Source of the DNA: Candidatus Latescibacterota bacterium
Lineage (GTDB): Bacteria; Latescibacterota; UBA2968; GCA-2709665
Assembly: GCA_965237675.1 (NCBI GenBank)
Contig: OZ250150.1
Location: 4,224,001 to 4,288,000, forward strand
Reading direction: 5' to 3'
Length of the DNA: 64,000 nucleotides
Shown here piece by piece: positions 60,885-64,000 of this stretch. A program made the translations under genes and the position numbers. A model generated the notes under the pieces. That model ran no database searches. It had not been told where the DNA came from and saw only the letters and a program-made list of their open reading frames with translations. Each line of letters opens with the position of its first letter. Position 1 is the stretch's first letter.

Positions 60885-63251
60885 TCACGGCACCTCAAGC
60901 CATCCGCGGGCTTCAATCCCCTGCTCATCGATTCGGATCTCTACTGCACCCATCAGATCGGTCCTGTAAATTGAGATTCCCATCGCCTCGTAACGCCGGA
61001 TCACCTCAGGGGACGGATGGCGGAATTTGTTCCGGATCCCACACGAAACCGCCACAAGCTCGGGACGTACGGCGCTCATAAAGGCGGCGGTGGACGAGGT
61101 ACGGGATCCGTGGTGCGCCGACTTCAGCACCTGGGCGCGAAGCAGATCCCCCCACCGGAGAAGATCCGGATCGGTTTCATGTTCGATGTCGCCCGTAAGC
61201 AAAATGGTCGAACCTCGGTACGTTAGTCTGATGACCACGGAACTGTTGTTGAGGCCCCTTGGGGCCGGGCCCCTCTCTGAGACATAATCCGGCGTCGGGT
61301 GCAAGACCAGGGCCTCGACCCCACCCAGTCCTTCCAGCCGATCCCCCGCTTCCACGACCGCATAGCGGATGCCTTTCTTCCGGATCAGAGTTCGAATCCG
61401 ACGCGCCGTCCAGGAATCGTAGTATTGTCCGGCGTCCAGGTACCAACCGACCTCTACCCTCTCCAACAGGGTCACGAATCCGCCGAAGTGGTCGCTGTGC
61501 GGGTGGGACGCGACCACCGCGTCGATACGTTCAATCCCCTCCGCCTTCAGAAACGGGATCAGTACACGTTCGCCCATGTCGATGTTCACCGCGCGCAACC
61601 CGCCATCGACCAGCATAGTCCTCCCGTTTGGAAACCTCAGAAAGATCCCGTCACCCTGCCCCACGTCCAGTACCAATATCCTCAAACCGGAGGGCCCGTG
61701 CAATATGCCCGACCAGACCCAGAAATTCGCCAGGGACAACGCCAGAAGCACGACCCGGCGGCCCCATCGGTGCGACCTCGCTTCAGGCAGGATGAGAAGC
61801 GTTGCACAGAGATACAACCCTATGACGGTCCAGCCGGGCCTCGGGACTTCGATGGCGGCCCACGCCGGCTCGGCAAACCAGGCTGCGGTCTGAATGGCAC
61901 ACTTCAAGACAAACCAATTTGCACCGTTCAACAACGCAGCAGCCGGCGACGACACCTGAATAACGACCACGCCAACCAGCCCCAGGGCGACGGCGGCAGC
62001 CATTAAGGGGACCACGATCAGATTGGCGAGAATCGACACAACCGAGAGCAATCCAAAATAGGTCAGCACTAGAGGGAGCGTGCCCACCTGAGCGGCCACC
62101 GACACGGCAAGCGGCGTCCATACCCAGTGAGCGAGACCTCCCGCAACGCCGCCGGGAAACCATGCCCGGATCGGTCTATAGAACAGGAGGATTCCGCCGG
62201 TGGCGGTGAAAGAAAGCTGAAAGCCCACATCGAAAAGGTCCTGCGGCCTGAAAATCAGAATGAGTAAGCCCGCCAGGCCGAGCGAATTCAAACCTTCTCC
62301 CTGTGTGTTTCCCAGACGACCCCAAATGGTGAACGCGCTCATCATGGAGGCTCTGACTACGGACGGCGGCAGCCCGGTAACCAGCGCATAGAGCAGCACG
62401 GCGCCAACGGTTGCCCAGGCTGTTGTTCGCCTGCCGCATCCGACCGCGCCGAGGCCGAAAAACACCACCGCTGCAATCAGACCCACGTGTAAGCCCGAAA
62501 CGGCCAGCACGTGGTTGACGCCGGCTCTGGTAAACGCGGTACGCACGTCTTCGGGGACCCCGCGTTTTTCGCCCAGTAAAATCCCATTCAGCAATCCTGC
62601 GGGTCCACCGGACAGGTTTGACGCCACACCCCGTCGAACTGCCCGGCGAACGGGCAAAACGACGTACGTCCACAGCAAACCGCCCCTGCCCCTGTGGGTT
62701 TCCAGTATCTGTTCGCTCCGGGACACGGAACCCATCGCATGGATTCCCTTCCGTTCCAGATAGGCACGGTAGTCGAACGCGCCCGGATTCCTGGCCGGCT
62801 GTGGTCTTCGAAGGTGTAGCCGTGCCACCAGGCGATCTCCATAATCCACGACCGGTCGAAACTTTCGAAACCGCACGAGAACCGCTCCTCGAATCGAAAA
62901 TACCGTATCATGTACGGTCACCCGTTCCGCCTCCAGTCGAAGACGCAACCCGTCTTCCATCCACTCAGGTTCCTCCGCGACGCGCCCCTCAAGCACCACA
63001 GGAACGTCTCGTCCGGCAAACCGGGCGACGTGGTCTTCGGGCAACCCCTCCGTTGCGCCTTCATATCTCATTGCCCCCAGAACGATCAACAGGACGCCCG
63101 GAAGGAAGGAGGGTCTCTTCCAGCGTACCAGCGACACGATCCAAAGCGCGAGGCCGCCGGTCCATAACGCCCAAACCGGCACCTCCCAACGATGTGCCAC
63201 AAGCACTCCTGCGGCAAAACACACCGCAGAGAGCAACGCCGGACGTTGCAT
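60885..63251 (-). CDS. comEC: DNA internalization competence protein ComEC/Rec2
   Basis: 'RNPGAFDY', 'HVLAVSGLHVG', 'GFQLSF', MBL domain 'DVGQGD', 'SHPHSDHFGG', 'HHGSRTS'. Confidence 0.95.
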   Translation of the reverse strand: MQRPALLSAVCFAAGVLVAHRWEVPVWALWTGGLALWIVSLVRWKRPSFLPGVLLIVLGAMRYEGATEGLPEDHVARFAGRDVPVVLEGRVAEEPEWMEDGLRLRLEAERVTVHDTVFSIRGAVLVRFRKFRPVVDYGDRLVARLHLRRPQPARNPGAFDYRAYLERKGIHAMGSVSRSEQILETHRGRGGLLWTYVVLPVRRAVRRGVASNLSGGPAGLLNGILLGEKRGVPEDVRTAFTRAGVNHVLAVSGLHVGLIAAVVFFGLGAVGCGRRTTAWATVGAVLLYALVTGLPPSVVRASMMSAFTIWGRLGNTQGEGLNSLGLAGLLILIFRPQDLFDVGFQLSFTATGGILLFYRPIRAWFPGGVAGGLAHWVWTPLAVSVAAQVGTLPLVLTYFGLLSVVSILANLIVVPLMAAAVALGLVGVVVIQVSSPAAALLNGANWFVLKCAIQTAAWFAEPAWAAIEVPRPGWTVIGLYLCATLLILPEARSHRWGRRVVLLALSLANFWVWSGILHGPSGLRILVLDVGQGDGIFLRFPNGRTMLVDGGLRAVNIDMGERVLIPFLKAEGIERIDAVVASHPHSDHFGGFVTLLERVEVGWYLDAGQYYDSWTARRIRTLIRKKGIRYAVVEAGDRLEGLGGVEALVLHPTPDYVSERGPAPRGLNNSSVVIRLTYRGSTILLTGDIEHETDPDLLRWGDLLRAQVLKSAHHGSRTSSTAAFMSAVRPELVAVSCGIRNKFRHPSPEVIRRYEAMGISIYRTDLMGAVEIRIDEQGIEARGWLEVP

Positions 63252-63424
63252 CACCGCTCCCTCCGTTTCGCGCCGAGATCCCTTCACGCAACTGCAAATT
63301 CCGTACCGCCGCTGATGCCGCGGGACTTGCCCGTTTCCGCGTAACGAAATGGAACGATCCGTTCAATCGATGCCGCGAAACGTTCACCGGGGCCGCGGCG
63401 CGGACCGTTACCCCGAACAATCAA

Positions 63425-63453
63425 TTGACATTCCCCGGTAGAGATGCTATATT
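63425..63453 (+). promoter_or_regulatory. Sigma70-type promoter upstream of truA
   Basis: TTGACA, 17 nt, TATATT with extended -10 TG. Confidence 0.65.
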
Positions 63454-63742
63454 TCGTAAAAATACCCCAGGGTTCTGTCGGAGAACTCCAATTTTAGGCG
63501 ATCATTATACAATATATTGATTTTATCTTTCCAAATAACACTATATATTGTATTTTGGGAGATGCTGGCATAGGTATTCCGACAGGCTCCTAGACAGACG
63601 ATCTGCTTTTCAGCAATTGCAGAAGATACGGCGCCCCGGCGTTGCGACCGGGATCGGACGTTCATTCGTGGGGCGCGATTATCCCGCCAACACGAGGCCT
63701 TCTCCCACGTCGTCCCCATCAATTCAAGCCGATCCAGCTGGA

Positions 63743-64000
63743 ATGCAACGGAATATTCGGCTCCGACTGGAATACGACGGTACAGATTTCAAGGGGTGGC
63801 AGATTCAGCCCGACCAGAGAACGGTCCAGGGAACCTTGGAAACGTGTCTGGAAACGCTGATGGTACATCCCATCCGGGCCATCGGAGCGGGGCGCACGGA
63901 CGCGGGTGTTCACGCGCTGGAGCAGGTGGCCAACTTTATCACGTTCAATCCGCTGCCATTACCACGGATCGGCGCCGCGCTCAATAGCAACCTGCCGTCT
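63743..64000 (+). CDS. truA: tRNA pseudouridine(38-40) synthase TruA (3'-truncated by window edge; not in ORF track)
   Basis: Manual translation [30 protein letters not shown]...[18 protein letters not shown]. Confidence 0.93.
   Translation, partial: MQRNIRLRLEYDGTDFKGWQIQPDQRTVQGTLETCLETLMVHPIRAIGAGRTDAGVHALEQVANFITFNPLPLPRIGAALNSNLPS

Overview
Bacterial chromosomal window, GC-rich with AT-richer inserts. The gene repertoire (PorX-like PglZ response regulator next to tsaE, long-form IspG, GldAFG-like ABC system, C-terminally extended ECF) suggests an FCB-group organism, possibly Latescibacterota/Handelsmanbacteria-like; this is inference only. Layout: (1) 1-14 kb housekeeping: rqcH/NFACT (partial), tsaE, porX-like regulator plus kinase, rpsU, cvpA, mutS2, ispG, dnaG, tRNA-Ile2(CAT). 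(2) 14.1-28.2 kb minus-strand defence island next to the tRNA: type III-like Res and Mod, a Schlafen/AlbA_2-HATPase protein with an unusual C-terminus, an orphan HicB, an anchor-less GT51 transglycosylase followed by an amber-interrupted nucleotidyltransferase, DUF262/DUF1524, a RelE-like/UvrD fusion and a Cas4-like PD-(D/E)XK nuclease. (3) 28.5-47.5 kb accessory genes: serpin, ankyrin lipoprotein, HU, eukaryote-type cN-III nucleotidase, an ECF sigma factor fused to two beta-clamp (DnaN)-like domains, a repeat-flanked low-GC ABC exporter, transglutaminase/DegT cluster, GldAFG-like operon. (4) 47.6-60 kb ilvN-leuA-leuC-leuD-leuB-cimA-alaC-argJ-aspC-accA, with a candidate Leu/Ile leader-peptide attenuator and a CTG start for leuB. 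(5) comEC and a partial truA. The best novelty candidates are the sigma-sliding-clamp fusion and the GT51 + NTase cassette inside the RM operon. All calls come from reading motifs by eye; no searches were run.
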